Of a stretch of 64,000 nucleotides of DNA, positions 26,719-36,630 are shown piece by piece. The DNA lies in the NCBI GenBank assembly GCA_013298985.1, contig JAAFJS010000003.1, positions 6,334 through 70,333 on the forward strand. Reading direction: 5' to 3'. The stretch is from Cytophagales bacterium (GTDB lineage Bacteria; Bacteroidota; Bacteroidia; Cytophagales; Thermoflexibacteraceae). Position numbers and translations under genes: made by a program. Within the stretch, counting starts at the first letter, position 1. Every line of letters begins with the position of its first letter. The notes beneath the pieces are model-generated. The model made no database searches and was not told the DNA's origin. It was given only the letters and a program-made list of their open reading frames with translations.

Positions 26719-29109
26719 ATGAAAACTTTTTTAATCACTCTTTTTATTATAAGGATTTGCTTAACAGCTACTTATGCCCAAATGCCTACCCGCGAAATCA
26801 GCCCCAATTTGCTCAAAGAAAACTGGACGGCTTATTGGATAGCTCCGCCCAAAGTTTCGCTGAAAGAGTACGGCGTTTTTCACTTCCGCAAGACAATTAC
26901 GCTGGCTGAAAAACCTCAAAAATTCATAGTTCATGTTTCTGCCGACAATCGCTACCGCCTTTTTGTGAATGGAAAATCAGTCTGTGTGGGGGCAGCAAGA
27001 GGCGATATTTTGAATTGGAATTTTGAAACCATAGACATTGCCAGTGAATTAGTGGCAGGAAAAAACGTAATTGCCGCGCTGGTGTGGAACATGGGCGAGT
27101 ACCTACCTGGGGCGCAGATAACCAAAAAAACTGCTTTTATTTTACAAGGAAATTCTGAGAAAGAAAAAGCGGTTAATACCAACGACTCATGGAAAGTAAC
27201 TCAAAATGAAGCATATAGCCCTCTTTATGATTTGGCAAAACTCCAAACCTTTATGTCAGTGGGCGCAGGTGATGAGGTCAGGGGAGCGCAATACGTATGG
27301 AACTGGCAAGGGCTTGATTTTAAGGACGAAAATTGGACAAAACCAAGACAGCTTGAAATGGGAACACCCAAGGGAGTAGGTACAGGCGCAGATTGGTACT
27401 TAGTGCCAAGAACTATTCCTCTGATGGAAGAGAAACAGCAGAGAATCAATAAGATAGCCCGAAGTGAGGGCGCAACTATTAGCGATAACTTTTTGAAAGG
27501 AACGGCAGTAACCATTCCCCCCAATACCAAAGCAACTCTGCTCTTAGACCAAACCTTTCTGACCAATGCTTATCCACAACTTTTGGTGAGTGGAGGGAAG
27601 GGGGCAAATGTCGAACTGACTTACGCAGAGGCTCTTTTTGATAAAAAAGATAGCAAGGGAAACCGCAATGAAATCAACGAAAAAAGTATCAAAGGGCAAT
27701 ACGATATTTTCTACTTTGAGGGCGGCGAAAACAGGCTTTACAGCACACTGTGGTTTCGTACTTACCGCTATATGGAAATGAAAATAGAAACCAAAGAAAA
27801 CGCATTGATTATCAATGATTTATATGGTGTTTTTACAGGCTATCCTTTTGAAGAAAAAGCAAGTTTTACGAGCAATGATAACAGTTTGAAAGATATTTGG
27901 AATGTAGGCTGGCGAACGGCAAGGCTCTGTGCCTTAGAAACTTACGTGGATTGTCCGTACTACGAGCAGTTGCAGTACGTAGGCGATACGCGTATCCAAG
28001 CTCTTATTTCTCTGTATGTTGCGGGTGATGACCGCCTCATGCGGAAAGCAATCATTGATTTTGACAATTCACGTATTCCTGAAGGACTAACGCAAAGCCG
28101 CTACCCAAGCTCTACCCAACAAATTATACCTACTTTTTCGCTTTTCTGGACAAACATGGTGTATGATTATTTTATGCACCGCAAAGACGATGAATTTGTG
28201 AAAGCACAACTGCAAGGCATGGAAAATGTATTGGCTTGGTACGAGAAACACCTTGATAATCAAAAGAATATGCTTAGTGGAATGGAGTGGTGGAACTTTG
28301 TAGATTGGGCAAGAGAATGGCCTTGGGTTACAGAAAAAAACATTGGTGGTGAGCCACAGGGTTCGCATGAGGGTAATTCGTCCATTATCACTTTTCAGTA
28401 CGCTTACTCGCTAAATTTGGCGGCAAAAGTCTTTGATTATTATGGAAAAACTACGCAGGCAAATCATTACAAACAGTTGGCTCAGAAAATAGCCAAAAGC
28501 ACCTTTGCGCTTTGCTTGGACAAAAATAAGGGAATTATTGGTGATACGCCTGATAAACAGCAGTTTAGCCAGCACGCCATCATCATGGGCATTTTGAGTG
28601 AGGGGATTCCTGCCGAACAACGTAAGTCATTTATGGACAAGGTTTTACAAGACAAAAGCCTCATACAAGGGACTTTTTATTTTCGTTTTTATTTGACGCA
28701 GGCACTGAAAAAATCTGAGATGAGTGAATTGTACTATTCAAATCTGACTCCTTGGCGCGAGATGCTCAGTATGGGCTTAACAACTTTTGCGGAAAATCCT
28801 GAACCTACGCGCTCAGACTGCCATGCGTGGTCGTCAAGTCCCAACTACGATTTTTTGGCGACAATCTGTGGTATTATGCCTTCCAAAGCAGGTTTTGAAA
28901 GTGTTTTGATTCAACCTGCACTTGGCGAACTGCAAAATGTGGAAGCAAAAATGCCTCACCCACAGGGCGAAATCAGCATAAAACTATCGCGCAAAGGCGC
29001 GGGCGTAGAAGGTGAGGTTTCCTTACCCACTCTGCTGACAGGCAAATTTGTTTGGAAAGGAAAAGAAATGAGCTTAAAGGGTGGAAAAAATACCGTAAAA
29101 ATGGAGTGA
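26719..29109 (+). CDS. alpha-L-rhamnosidase (GH78-like)
   Basis: VSADNRYRLFVNG, YVDCPYYEQLQYVGD, TTFAE, RSDCHAWSSSP. Confidence 0.85.
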   Translation: MKTFLITLFIIRICLTATYAQMPTREISPNLLKENWTAYWIAPPKVSLKEYGVFHFRKTITLAEKPQKFIVHVSADNRYRLFVNGKSVCVGAARGDILNWNFETIDIASELVAGKNVIAALVWNMGEYLPGAQITKKTAFILQGNSEKEKAVNTNDSWKVTQNEAYSPLYDLAKLQTFMSVGAGDEVRGAQYVWNWQGLDFKDENWTKPRQLEMGTPKGVGTGADWYLVPRTIPLMEEKQQRINKIARSEGATISDNFLKGTAVTIPPNTKATLLLDQTFLTNAYPQLLVSGGKGANVELTYAEALFDKKDSKGNRNEINEKSIKGQYDIFYFEGGENRLYSTLWFRTYRYMEMKIETKENALIINDLYGVFTGYPFEEKASFTSNDNSLKDIWNVGWRTARLCALETYVDCPYYEQLQYVGDTRIQALISLYVAGDDRLMRKAIIDFDNSRIPEGLTQSRYPSSTQQIIPTFSLFWTNMVYDYFMHRKDDEFVKAQLQGMENVLAWYEKHLDNQKNMLSGMEWWNFVDWAREWPWVTEKNIGGEPQGSHEGNSSIITFQYAYSLNLAAKVFDYYGKTTQANHYKQLAQKIAKSTFALCLDKNKGIIGDTPDKQQFSQHAIIMGILSEGIPAEQRKSFMDKVLQDKSLIQGTFYFRFYLTQALKKSEMSELYYSNLTPWREMLSMGLTTFAENPEPTRSDCHAWSSSPNYDFLATICGIMPSKAGFESVLIQPALGELQNVEAKMPHPQGEISIKLSRKGAGVEGEVSLPTLLTGKFVWKGKEMSLKGGKNTVKME

Positions 29110-29144
29110 GTTTGAGGAATACCTTACCAAATATGCGCGCTACT

Positions 29145-29570
29145 TTATCCCAAAAAATCTTTTACATTTGTTTCCAATTTTTCCAATAGATTATTTCGTT
29201 TGGCATAGTCCAGCAAGGCGGTAATTTTGGCGATTTTGCCCTGCCCCTGTGTAAAATTGTTATGTACTGGCTCAAAATAAAGCATACAAAAAAGATTCAA
29301 ATGCTCATCATTGAACTTGGTATTTAATTTTTGATACAGCTGGGCTAAATCAACGCTTGTAGATGGCTCAGTGAGAGGTAATTTTTCCTCTTTGAGTTCA
29401 TTTTTTACTGCCATTTTTAGCCTGTCATAGAAATCAAAGCGTTTTTCTCCCCCAATAAACTCGCGCTTCAGCTGGGCAATACTTGGACTTTTGATGCTTG
29501 TTTTGTCTATTTCTGCAAACGCCTCTGCAATCTTTGCCTCGTCAATCAGAGAGAGAATTTTTTGTAACAT
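29145..29570 (-). CDS. small protein of two helical domains resembling effector-associated domains (EADs)
   Basis: C-half LYQKLNTKFNDEHLNLFC..F..V...F..G..K...LLDYAKR..LL fits the EAD7-like pattern; N-half is a short helical bundle. Confidence 0.55.
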   Translation of the reverse strand: MLQKILSLIDEAKIAEAFAEIDKTSIKSPSIAQLKREFIGGEKRFDFYDRLKMAVKNELKEEKLPLTEPSTSVDLAQLYQKLNTKFNDEHLNLFCMLYFEPVHNNFTQGQGKIAKITALLDYAKRNNLLEKLETNVKDFLG

Positions 29571-29783
29571 ATTGATTCTATTTGAAATGTAATATTATCT
29601 ATTTTTTTCCTATTTTTGTTTCGTAAAAGTAATAAATTGGAATTTAAACAAAAAATTATGCCTGATATATCGCCCATTGTGATTGATGTAGCCAAAGGGA
29701 TAGGTACAGATTTGCTAAAAAACTTAGACAAAATACAGTTTATCAACCTTTTGCAATCTAAAAGTATAAAAAATAAAGCCAAC

Positions 29784-30305
29784 ATGGAAGAAGAAATTAT
29801 CAATAAAGTAGCCAATAGTTCGCTGATAACCATAGATTTAGAAGAATATTATGACCACCATGAAAGAGTAGTGTACGACATCAAGCAAAACCTGTGGGAG
29901 GAGCTATTGCTCAGGGAAAAAGATTTTAGGGAGTTTATCAAAACGCACGATTGGAGTCAGTATGCTGGGAAAAATGTAGCAATTACTTGTTCTGCGGACG
30001 CTATCGTGCCTGTGTGGGCGTATATGCTTTTGGCAACGCAGTTAGAGCCTGTGGCACGAAAAGTCATTTTTGGTAACTTAGAAGCCTTAGAAAATGAGCT
30101 TTTCAGAGAGGCGATTGCCAAGATAAATATTGCACAATTCCAAGATGCCAAAGTAGTCATCAAAGGTTGTAGCAAATTTCCTGTCCCTGTGGCGGCTTAC
30201 GTAGAAATTACGCGGCTTTTGCGCCCTGTTGCCAGCTCTATCATGTACGGCGAACCTTGTAGCACCGTTCCGATTTATAAAAAAGCAAAAAAATCAATCA
30301 ACTAA
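29784..30305 (+). CDS. DUF2480 family protein
   Basis: EIINKVANSSLITIDLE, THDWSQY, CSADAIVPVWAYML, IKGC, SIMYGEPCSTVPIYKK; start at MEEEI. Confidence 0.85.
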   Translation: MEEEIINKVANSSLITIDLEEYYDHHERVVYDIKQNLWEELLLREKDFREFIKTHDWSQYAGKNVAITCSADAIVPVWAYMLLATQLEPVARKVIFGNLEALENELFREAIAKINIAQFQDAKVVIKGCSKFPVPVAAYVEITRLLRPVASSIMYGEPCSTVPIYKKAKKSIN

Positions 30306-30321
30306 TCATAATCCAAACACC

Positions 30322-31554
30322 ATGATTCACTTCGAACACTTTGTCCTCGAAAACGGACTCAAAGTCTATGTGCATGAAGACCTTTCCGTTCCTACGGCGG
30401 CAATGAATATACTTTATGATGTAGGCTCGCGCGACGAAAACCCTGAAAAAACGGGGTTTGCACACCTTTTTGAGCATCTGATGTTTGGTGGCTCTCAAAA
30501 TATTGCTGAGTACGACAAGCCCTTACAAAAAGTGGGTGGTGAAAACAATGCCTTCACTTCGCCCGACATTACCAATTATTACCTGACCCTGCCCGCACAG
30601 AACTTAGAAACTGCGTTTTGGCTCGAATCTGACCGCATGATGTCGCTTTCTTTTAATCCCGAAGTGCTGGAAGTGCAGCGCAAAGTCGTCATTGAGGAGT
30701 TCAAACAACGCTACCTCAACCAGCCCTACGGTGATGTTTGGCTGAAACTGCGCCCACTTGCCTATCAGGTTCACCCGTATCAGTGGGCAACGATTGGCAA
30801 GGATATTTCGCACATCGAGGAGGCGACGATGGAAGATGTGAAAGCGTTTTTTTACAAATATTATCTTCCAAACAATGCCATCATGGTCTTAGCGGGCAAT
30901 GTAAAAACTGAAAATGTACGAAAATTAGCAGAAAAATGGTTTGCGCCCATTCCTGCGGGTGCGCCTTACGTGCGTAGCCTGCCCAAAGAACCCAAGCAAA
31001 CCGAAGCACGTTTCTCCGCAATAGAGGCTGATGTACCTGCCAATATGATTTATAAAGTATTCAAAATGAGCAAGAAAAGCGACCCAAACTACCTGCCTAC
31101 TGACTTGCTCAGTGATGTGCTGGGGCGTAGCAAATCCTCGCGTTTGCACCAAAAATTAGTCCAAGAAAGCCAATTATTTGGTGCTGCCAATTCATACATC
31201 ACAGGCTCACTGGACGAAGGCTTATTTTGCGTTACAGGCAAAGTAAAAGAAGGAATCGCCATCGCTGATGCAGAAAATGCACTCAATGAGGTGATTGCGG
31301 AGATGAAAAGTGAAAAAATCAAAGAAGAAGAACTCCAAAAAGTAAAAAATCAGGCAGAATCTACCTTGATTCTGGGCGAGGTCGAGGTATTGAGCAGGGC
31401 TATGAACTTAGCATACTGTGCCTTAATGGGCAATCCTGACCTGATTAATGAAGAATCGGCTCGTATTCAGGCAGTTACGACTGAGCAGGTTTTTGCAATG
31501 GCAAACGAGGTGCTTTCTCCTGAAAACTGCACAACCTTGCATTATAAAAGGTAA
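30322..31554 (+). CDS. M16-family zinc peptidase
   Basis: LENGLKV, YDVGSRDE, GFAHLFEHLMF (HxxEH), NAFT, LESDRM; start at MIHFE. Confidence 0.92.
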   Translation: MIHFEHFVLENGLKVYVHEDLSVPTAAMNILYDVGSRDENPEKTGFAHLFEHLMFGGSQNIAEYDKPLQKVGGENNAFTSPDITNYYLTLPAQNLETAFWLESDRMMSLSFNPEVLEVQRKVVIEEFKQRYLNQPYGDVWLKLRPLAYQVHPYQWATIGKDISHIEEATMEDVKAFFYKYYLPNNAIMVLAGNVKTENVRKLAEKWFAPIPAGAPYVRSLPKEPKQTEARFSAIEADVPANMIYKVFKMSKKSDPNYLPTDLLSDVLGRSKSSRLHQKLVQESQLFGAANSYITGSLDEGLFCVTGKVKEGIAIADAENALNEVIAEMKSEKIKEEELQKVKNQAESTLILGEVEVLSRAMNLAYCALMGNPDLINEESARIQAVTTEQVFAMANEVLSPENCTTLHYKR

Positions 31555-31579
31555 AAAACACCCTTCTCTAATAATTTTT

Positions 31580-31610
31580 AGGGCAAACGTATGAAAAATG
31601 CGTTTGCCCT
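31580..31610 (+). terminator. stem-loop after the M16 gene
   Basis: AGGGCAAACG / CGTTTGCCCT stem. Confidence 0.55.
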
Positions 31611-31758
31611 CACGAAAAATTACACATCTTCAGAAAAATTTGTATATTTGTATCCCAATAATTAGCTAAATATTAAGACTACTTACCTAATGAATATTTT
31701 TCAATCATCATCTTGAAAAGTAATTCATCATTTTTATTTATTATTTTATCATTTTTTC

Positions 31759-34170
31759 ATGTTATACCCACGAAATTTCGAGGAAAAAATAAGTTTTGAC
31801 AAGGTGCGCGAACTGCTCAAAGAAGAGTGTAGCGGCACGCTTGGACAATCTTTTGTCGATAAAATCAGATTTTCAGATAATTATGACGTGATTTTAAAAT
31901 TGCTCCGCCAGACTGACGAGTTCATAAAAATCATTCAGGCAGGCGAGCAGTTTCCCAATAGCTATTTTCTTGATGTAAACGCTTCACTCGACAAGGCAAG
32001 AATCGAAAACACTTTCCTCCTCGAAGATGAATTTCAGGATTTGAAAATGTCGTTGGCTACTTTTTTTAAATGTATTGAATTTTTGGACAAAAAAGACGAG
32101 AAATTCTTTCCAACCCTCAAAGAACTGACCGCTAACCTAAACATAGACAGGACGTTACTCAAAGAAATAGAAAGAATAATAGATGACAGGGGCAAGGTAA
32201 AAAATAATGCCTCTTCCGAACTTCAGCGTATCCGCGCAGGCATCATAGAGGCGCAAGGGACGGTCAGGAAAAAGCTGGATTCTATTCTCAAATCACTGAA
32301 AGGGCAGGGCGTAGTCGGAGATGACACTTCGCTGACCATTCGAGAGGGCAGAATGGTCATTCCTTTGGCAACGGAATACAAGCGCAAAATCAAAGGGTTC
32401 ATTCACGACACCTCGGCTTCTGGGCAAACTGTCTATATCGAACCCGAAGATGTACTGGAAATCAACAATGAAATCAGGGAGTTAGAATATGAGGAACGTC
32501 GCGAAATCGTCAGGATTCTGACTGCCCTGACCGATAAAGTCCGCCCGCACGTTCCTGATTTGAAAAAAGCCTATTCTTTTTTGGGAATCATTGATTTTAT
32601 ACGTGCAAAAGCACTTTTTTCGCTAAAAATAGGTGCAACCTTCCCCAATTTGGTTAAAAAACCTATTTTGAATTGGTACAATGCCAAGCACCCTATTCTT
32701 TTTTTGAATTTTCAGAAACAAGGCAAAAATGTAGTTCCGCTAAACATCAAGTTAGAAGAGCAAAATAGGATTTTACTCATTTCAGGACCTAACGCTGGCG
32801 GCAAGTCTGTCTGCCTCAAAACGGTGGGTTTGCTGCAATATATGCTCCAATGTGGCTTGCTTATTCCCGCGATGGAAGGCGCGACCAGTGGAATTTTTGA
32901 GAACCTTTTTATTGATATTGGTGATGAGCAATCCCTTGAAAATGACCTTAGTACGTACAGCTCGCACCTCAAAAATATGAAGCATTTTGTGCAGTTTGCC
33001 CATGACAAAACGCTTTGCCTGATTGATGAATTTGGGACGGGAACAGAACCACAGTTGGGAGGCTCGATTGCCGAAGCGATTTTGGAGGATTTGAATATGA
33101 AGAAAACTTTTGCAGTCATCACTACGCACTACGCCAACTTGAAAGTTTTTGCAGAAAATACTGAAGGTGTGGTTAATGGAGCTATGCGCTATGATGTGAA
33201 GCAGTTAGAGCCACTTTTTGAACTGGAAATCGGGCGACCTGGCAGTTCTTTTGCTCTTGAAATAGCACAAAAAATTGGTTTGCCGCGCACCATCACGCAA
33301 AGCGCAAAGGAAAAAGTAGGTCGCGAGAAAATAGACATGGAAAAACTTTTGACGGAATTGGAGTTAGACAAAAAGTTTTACCGAGAAAAAAATAAAGAAC
33401 TCCAAGTAACTCAGCAACAGTTAGATAAGACGCTGAAAGAATACGAAAAACTCAAAGATTTTTTGGAAACAAACCGCAAACAACTAATGAACGAGGCAAA
33501 GGTACAAGCCAAAAGTTTGCTCAAAGATGTAAACCAAAAAATAGAAGGCGTTATCAAGGAAATCAAGGACAGTCAGGCTGAGAAAGAGAAAACCAAGACG
33601 ATTCGCAAGGAACTGGACGACTTTAAGGAAACGCTAAAACCTGAAATAGTAATAACACCTGATAATGAGGAAGATGTAAGCGAAGAAATAGAGGAGATTG
33701 GCGGAAATATCGAGGTCGGCGATTTTGTAAGAATCAAAGACCAAAATGCGGTGGGCGAGGTTTTGTCCATCAGAAATAAGGAAGTAATGGTTTCGATGGG
33801 CGATTTGAAATCGACAATGAAGGTGAATAGATTAGTCAAAATCAAGCGCAAAGTGTATGAAGAAGCAACCAAAAAGCCTGCGATGCCCACTTACCAATCA
33901 TTTGAAATGACCTCGAAAATGCAAAATTTTTCTACGCGTCTGGACGTTCGTGGCAGTCGCGCAGAGGAGGCTTTGGGCAAGGTAGCTGACCTCATAGACG
34001 AGGCTATCTACCTGAGCCAGCACGAGTTATACATTGTGCATGGGAAAGGAGATGGTATTCTGCGGACGCTGATTCGCGAGCAGTTGAAAAAATACAAGGA
34101 AATAGAATCTATCAAAGACGAACACGCTGACCGCGGTGGCGTGGGCGTTACGATAGTAAAGCTCAAATAG
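31759..34170 (+). CDS. mutS2: MutS2 / Smr-domain protein
   Basis: ISGPNAGGKS, DIGDEQS, DEFGTGTEP, TTHY, C-terminal Smr LDVRG...IVHGKGDG. Confidence 0.95.
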   Translation: MLYPRNFEEKISFDKVRELLKEECSGTLGQSFVDKIRFSDNYDVILKLLRQTDEFIKIIQAGEQFPNSYFLDVNASLDKARIENTFLLEDEFQDLKMSLATFFKCIEFLDKKDEKFFPTLKELTANLNIDRTLLKEIERIIDDRGKVKNNASSELQRIRAGIIEAQGTVRKKLDSILKSLKGQGVVGDDTSLTIREGRMVIPLATEYKRKIKGFIHDTSASGQTVYIEPEDVLEINNEIRELEYEERREIVRILTALTDKVRPHVPDLKKAYSFLGIIDFIRAKALFSLKIGATFPNLVKKPILNWYNAKHPILFLNFQKQGKNVVPLNIKLEEQNRILLISGPNAGGKSVCLKTVGLLQYMLQCGLLIPAMEGATSGIFENLFIDIGDEQSLENDLSTYSSHLKNMKHFVQFAHDKTLCLIDEFGTGTEPQLGGSIAEAILEDLNMKKTFAVITTHYANLKVFAENTEGVVNGAMRYDVKQLEPLFELEIGRPGSSFALEIAQKIGLPRTITQSAKEKVGREKIDMEKLLTELELDKKFYREKNKELQVTQQQLDKTLKEYEKLKDFLETNRKQLMNEAKVQAKSLLKDVNQKIEGVIKEIKDSQAEKEKTKTIRKELDDFKETLKPEIVITPDNEEDVSEEIEEIGGNIEVGDFVRIKDQNAVGEVLSIRNKEVMVSMGDLKSTMKVNRLVKIKRKVYEEATKKPAMPTYQSFEMTSKMQNFSTRLDVRGSRAEEALGKVADLIDEAIYLSQHELYIVHGKGDGILRTLIREQLKKYKEIESIKDEHADRGGVGVTIVKLK

Positions 34171-34172
34171 CA

Positions 34173-34424
34173 TTATGAATTTTCTATTTCAGCTATGATA
34201 TCATCTCCAAAGCGTTCAGGTATTTCCACTTCTTTGAGGTATTTCTCTGCGGCTTTGAGTGCTTCATCAATGCTATCGCTGTCGTTGTCTTCCCAGCAAA
34301 CGCCGCCCTCGTCTAAAACCATTAAAAAACTGTCGTGTTCATTGCCCAAACCTATTTGAGTGAAACCGTGATTTTCTATCCACCAAGCGAGGTAGGGATA
34401 GAGGGAGGAAAAGGATTTTTTCAT
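34173..34424 (-). CDS. small acidic hypothetical protein, last gene of the defence-like operon
   Basis: 83-aa ORF (YPYLAWW...LDEGGVCWE...DEAL) starting 9 bp after the upstream stop on the same strand. Confidence 0.65.
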   Translation of the reverse strand: MKKSFSSLYPYLAWWIENHGFTQIGLGNEHDSFLMVLDEGGVCWEDNDSDSIDEALKAAEKYLKEVEIPERFGDDIIAEIENS

Positions 34425-34433
34425 GGGGATTAA

Positions 34434-35498
34434 TTATTTAGTGTTATGACGCAGTTCTTTATCTGGGTCTACTTTGCCATATTTTTCTAAATTAAAATAA
34501 ATAGACCCTTTATGATTTTTACCTTTTTTATCAGAATGTACCTCAAATTCTCCTTTTTCAGTATCTACTGAAATATAAAGAATAGTACCTTGATAATCAT
34601 TTTTAGGTTCATAAACATCTCTTTGTCCACTACCACCTTTTTTGAAGTTTATGCTACTTCTCCCTTCATCTTTTTTCCAACCATTTATTTCTCCAATTAC
34701 TTTTGCTACTTTTTCTGCAAATGCAGGGTTATCTTTAAAACCAGTATTGCCTTTTTTATTGCCCTTCTGAGTTTCATCTTTTTTACCAATAGTAGATGCT
34801 TCGTTTTGTACTTGAGTTGAATATTCCGTAATTTTATTTGTGGTTTTTATCAACCGAAAAAGTGTTTGGGTTTTCTTGGAAACATCAAAATCAATTTTCC
34901 AAGTTGAAGACAAACCTCTATCCTCTTCAATGTATGTCCTTATAATTTCCTCAATTTTATTTTTGTGTTGTTGGGTTAGCAAAGGTAAGATATACTCTAT
35001 ACAATAGGTATAAATTTCAACCTCTTTTGCTTGATTCGTGTTAAAACAAGGTAGATTTTGATACTCATAACCATCTATATTAGTTAAAAAAACAGGAATA
35101 AAAGTTCTCAAACTATACTCTTTATCCAACACATTGATAATAAGTATGTATCTGTTTTGTATTTGCTGTTGAAAAGCATAATCAAGGATAGAATAAGATA
35201 CATCTTGATTTTCAATAAGTTTTGATTTGATATAGTAAAGTTTATCACTTTTAGGACTCCAGCTAATCGGATTAAACGCATCTGCTATCTTTTTTAGGAA
35301 AGTAATGTTACCCAATGCTTCCTCCAATTCTTCAAAAGTAGATTTATTAGATTGTTCAAATTCATTAATATTGTTAATATTTGCAGAAATATCATATTTT
35401 TTAGATAAATCTCTAATTCCACTAAGTGATTGGGCAAACTTCTCATCTAACAAATTCAGGCTTGTTTGTAGAGATAAATCGTTAAATAGTATTTCCAT
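34434..35498 (-). CDS. putative Menshen NsnC-like effector
   Basis: Third gene after DUF262 and the DUF3696 ATPase, overlapping the ATPase end. N-term ILFNDLSL; C-term NGW...YISVDTEKGEFEVH...H.G. Confidence 0.55.
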   Translation of the reverse strand: MEILFNDLSLQTSLNLLDEKFAQSLSGIRDLSKKYDISANINNINEFEQSNKSTFEELEEALGNITFLKKIADAFNPISWSPKSDKLYYIKSKLIENQDVSYSILDYAFQQQIQNRYILIINVLDKEYSLRTFIPVFLTNIDGYEYQNLPCFNTNQAKEVEIYTYCIEYILPLLTQQHKNKIEEIIRTYIEEDRGLSSTWKIDFDVSKKTQTLFRLIKTTNKITEYSTQVQNEASTIGKKDETQKGNKKGNTGFKDNPAFAEKVAKVIGEINGWKKDEGRSSINFKKGGSGQRDVYEPKNDYQGTILYISVDTEKGEFEVHSDKKGKNHKGSIYFNLEKYGKVDPDKELRHNTK

Positions 35499-36630
35499 TG
35501 GCTAAAATAATTGATAAATCAGTGTCTATTTGGTCAAAAAAACCTGTAATGTCCTTTTTGCGAAGTTCTTTAACTTTAAGTCTGGCACCTTCGGTAATAG
35601 GAATATCAAAAACCTGCGAGGTAGCATCGTTATTCTTTGTAAAATAAAATATTTTTACGTTCTCTGCTACATTTTCTTTTTTATTTTTAATAATTCCCAC
35701 CCTTACCCCATTCACAATATGGTCTGAGTGTGTTTCACAAAAAATCTGTACACCATTTTGGGCAGCGAGGCACATCAGTTCAGCAAGTTTAGATTGTCCT
35801 TTTGGGTGCAGGTGCGATTCTGGGTTTTCAATGATGAGCAAATCTCCTGCTTGGGCAGAAAGCAGGGCTATAATGATAGGAAGGGCGTAGGAAATGCCAA
35901 AACCTGTATTTTCAGGCTTAATTTCATCTGTATAACCATCATTCATTTCATATTTATATAACAATGTAACTGAACGTTCTTTATCATTTACGTTTGCATC
36001 TACCTGAATAGAAGGGCTTATTTCACCCACCCAAGCATTTACTTGCTCAATCAAATTTTTAGATTTGGTTTTAGGGTGTTGCAGAGTATCAAGGCTTATA
36101 GAAGCAAAATCTTTGATTTTTTGCCCTAAAAAATGAACTGCATATTCACATCTGCCTTTTATTTTAGAAATCTGATTTTTTTTAATAGTATCTTGGTCAT
36201 AATCTTGTTTTTTCTTGGGATGTATACGCTCTGCACTTATATACTGAAAACGAGTATTAAAAAGACTGATTTTTTCAAGATTTATAGTATTTTCTACACT
36301 CGACAATGACTCCGAAGAGCTAATCTTTTGCCTATCTATTTTAAAGTTGTATTTGTATTGGTCTTGTCCTATCCCAAAACTGAAACCAATGAAGTCAGCA
36401 TTTACTTTTTGTGTAAAAGCATTTTCTTGTGTACCTATTTCACACAAATCACCTTCTAATTCCAACGTCTCTATTTTACCTTTTTTAGCAGATTGTCTTA
36501 AAAGCAAAAGGGCTTGTATTAATGTAGATTTCCCCATGCCATTCAAACCTGTTAAAAGATTTAGATTACGAAAACTAAACTGATTATCACGTAAAATTTT
36601 AAAATTTTGTATATGTAAATGCGTAATCAT
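35482..36630 (-). CDS. AAA ATPase with C-terminal DUF3696 (Menshen NsnB-like)
   Basis: GLNGMGKST, YISAER, GFGISYALP, IIENPESHLHPKGQ, ETHSDH, GFFDQ. Confidence 0.85.
   Translation of the reverse strand: MITHLHIQNFKILRDNQFSFRNLNLLTGLNGMGKSTLIQALLLLRQSAKKGKIETLELEGDLCEIGTQENAFTQKVNADFIGFSFGIGQDQYKYNFKIDRQKISSSESLSSVENTINLEKISLFNTRFQYISAERIHPKKKQDYDQDTIKKNQISKIKGRCEYAVHFLGQKIKDFASISLDTLQHPKTKSKNLIEQVNAWVGEISPSIQVDANVNDKERSVTLLYKYEMNDGYTDEIKPENTGFGISYALPIIIALLSAQAGDLLIIENPESHLHPKGQSKLAELMCLAAQNGVQIFCETHSDHIVNGVRVGIIKNKKENVAENVKIFYFTKNNDATSQVFDIPITEGARLKVKELRKKDITGFFDQIDTDLSIILANGNTI

Noticed and set aside
29616-29783. N-terminal extension of the DUF2480 ORF
   Set aside because: The recognisable family sequence starts at MEEEIINKV; the extension has no supportable motif.
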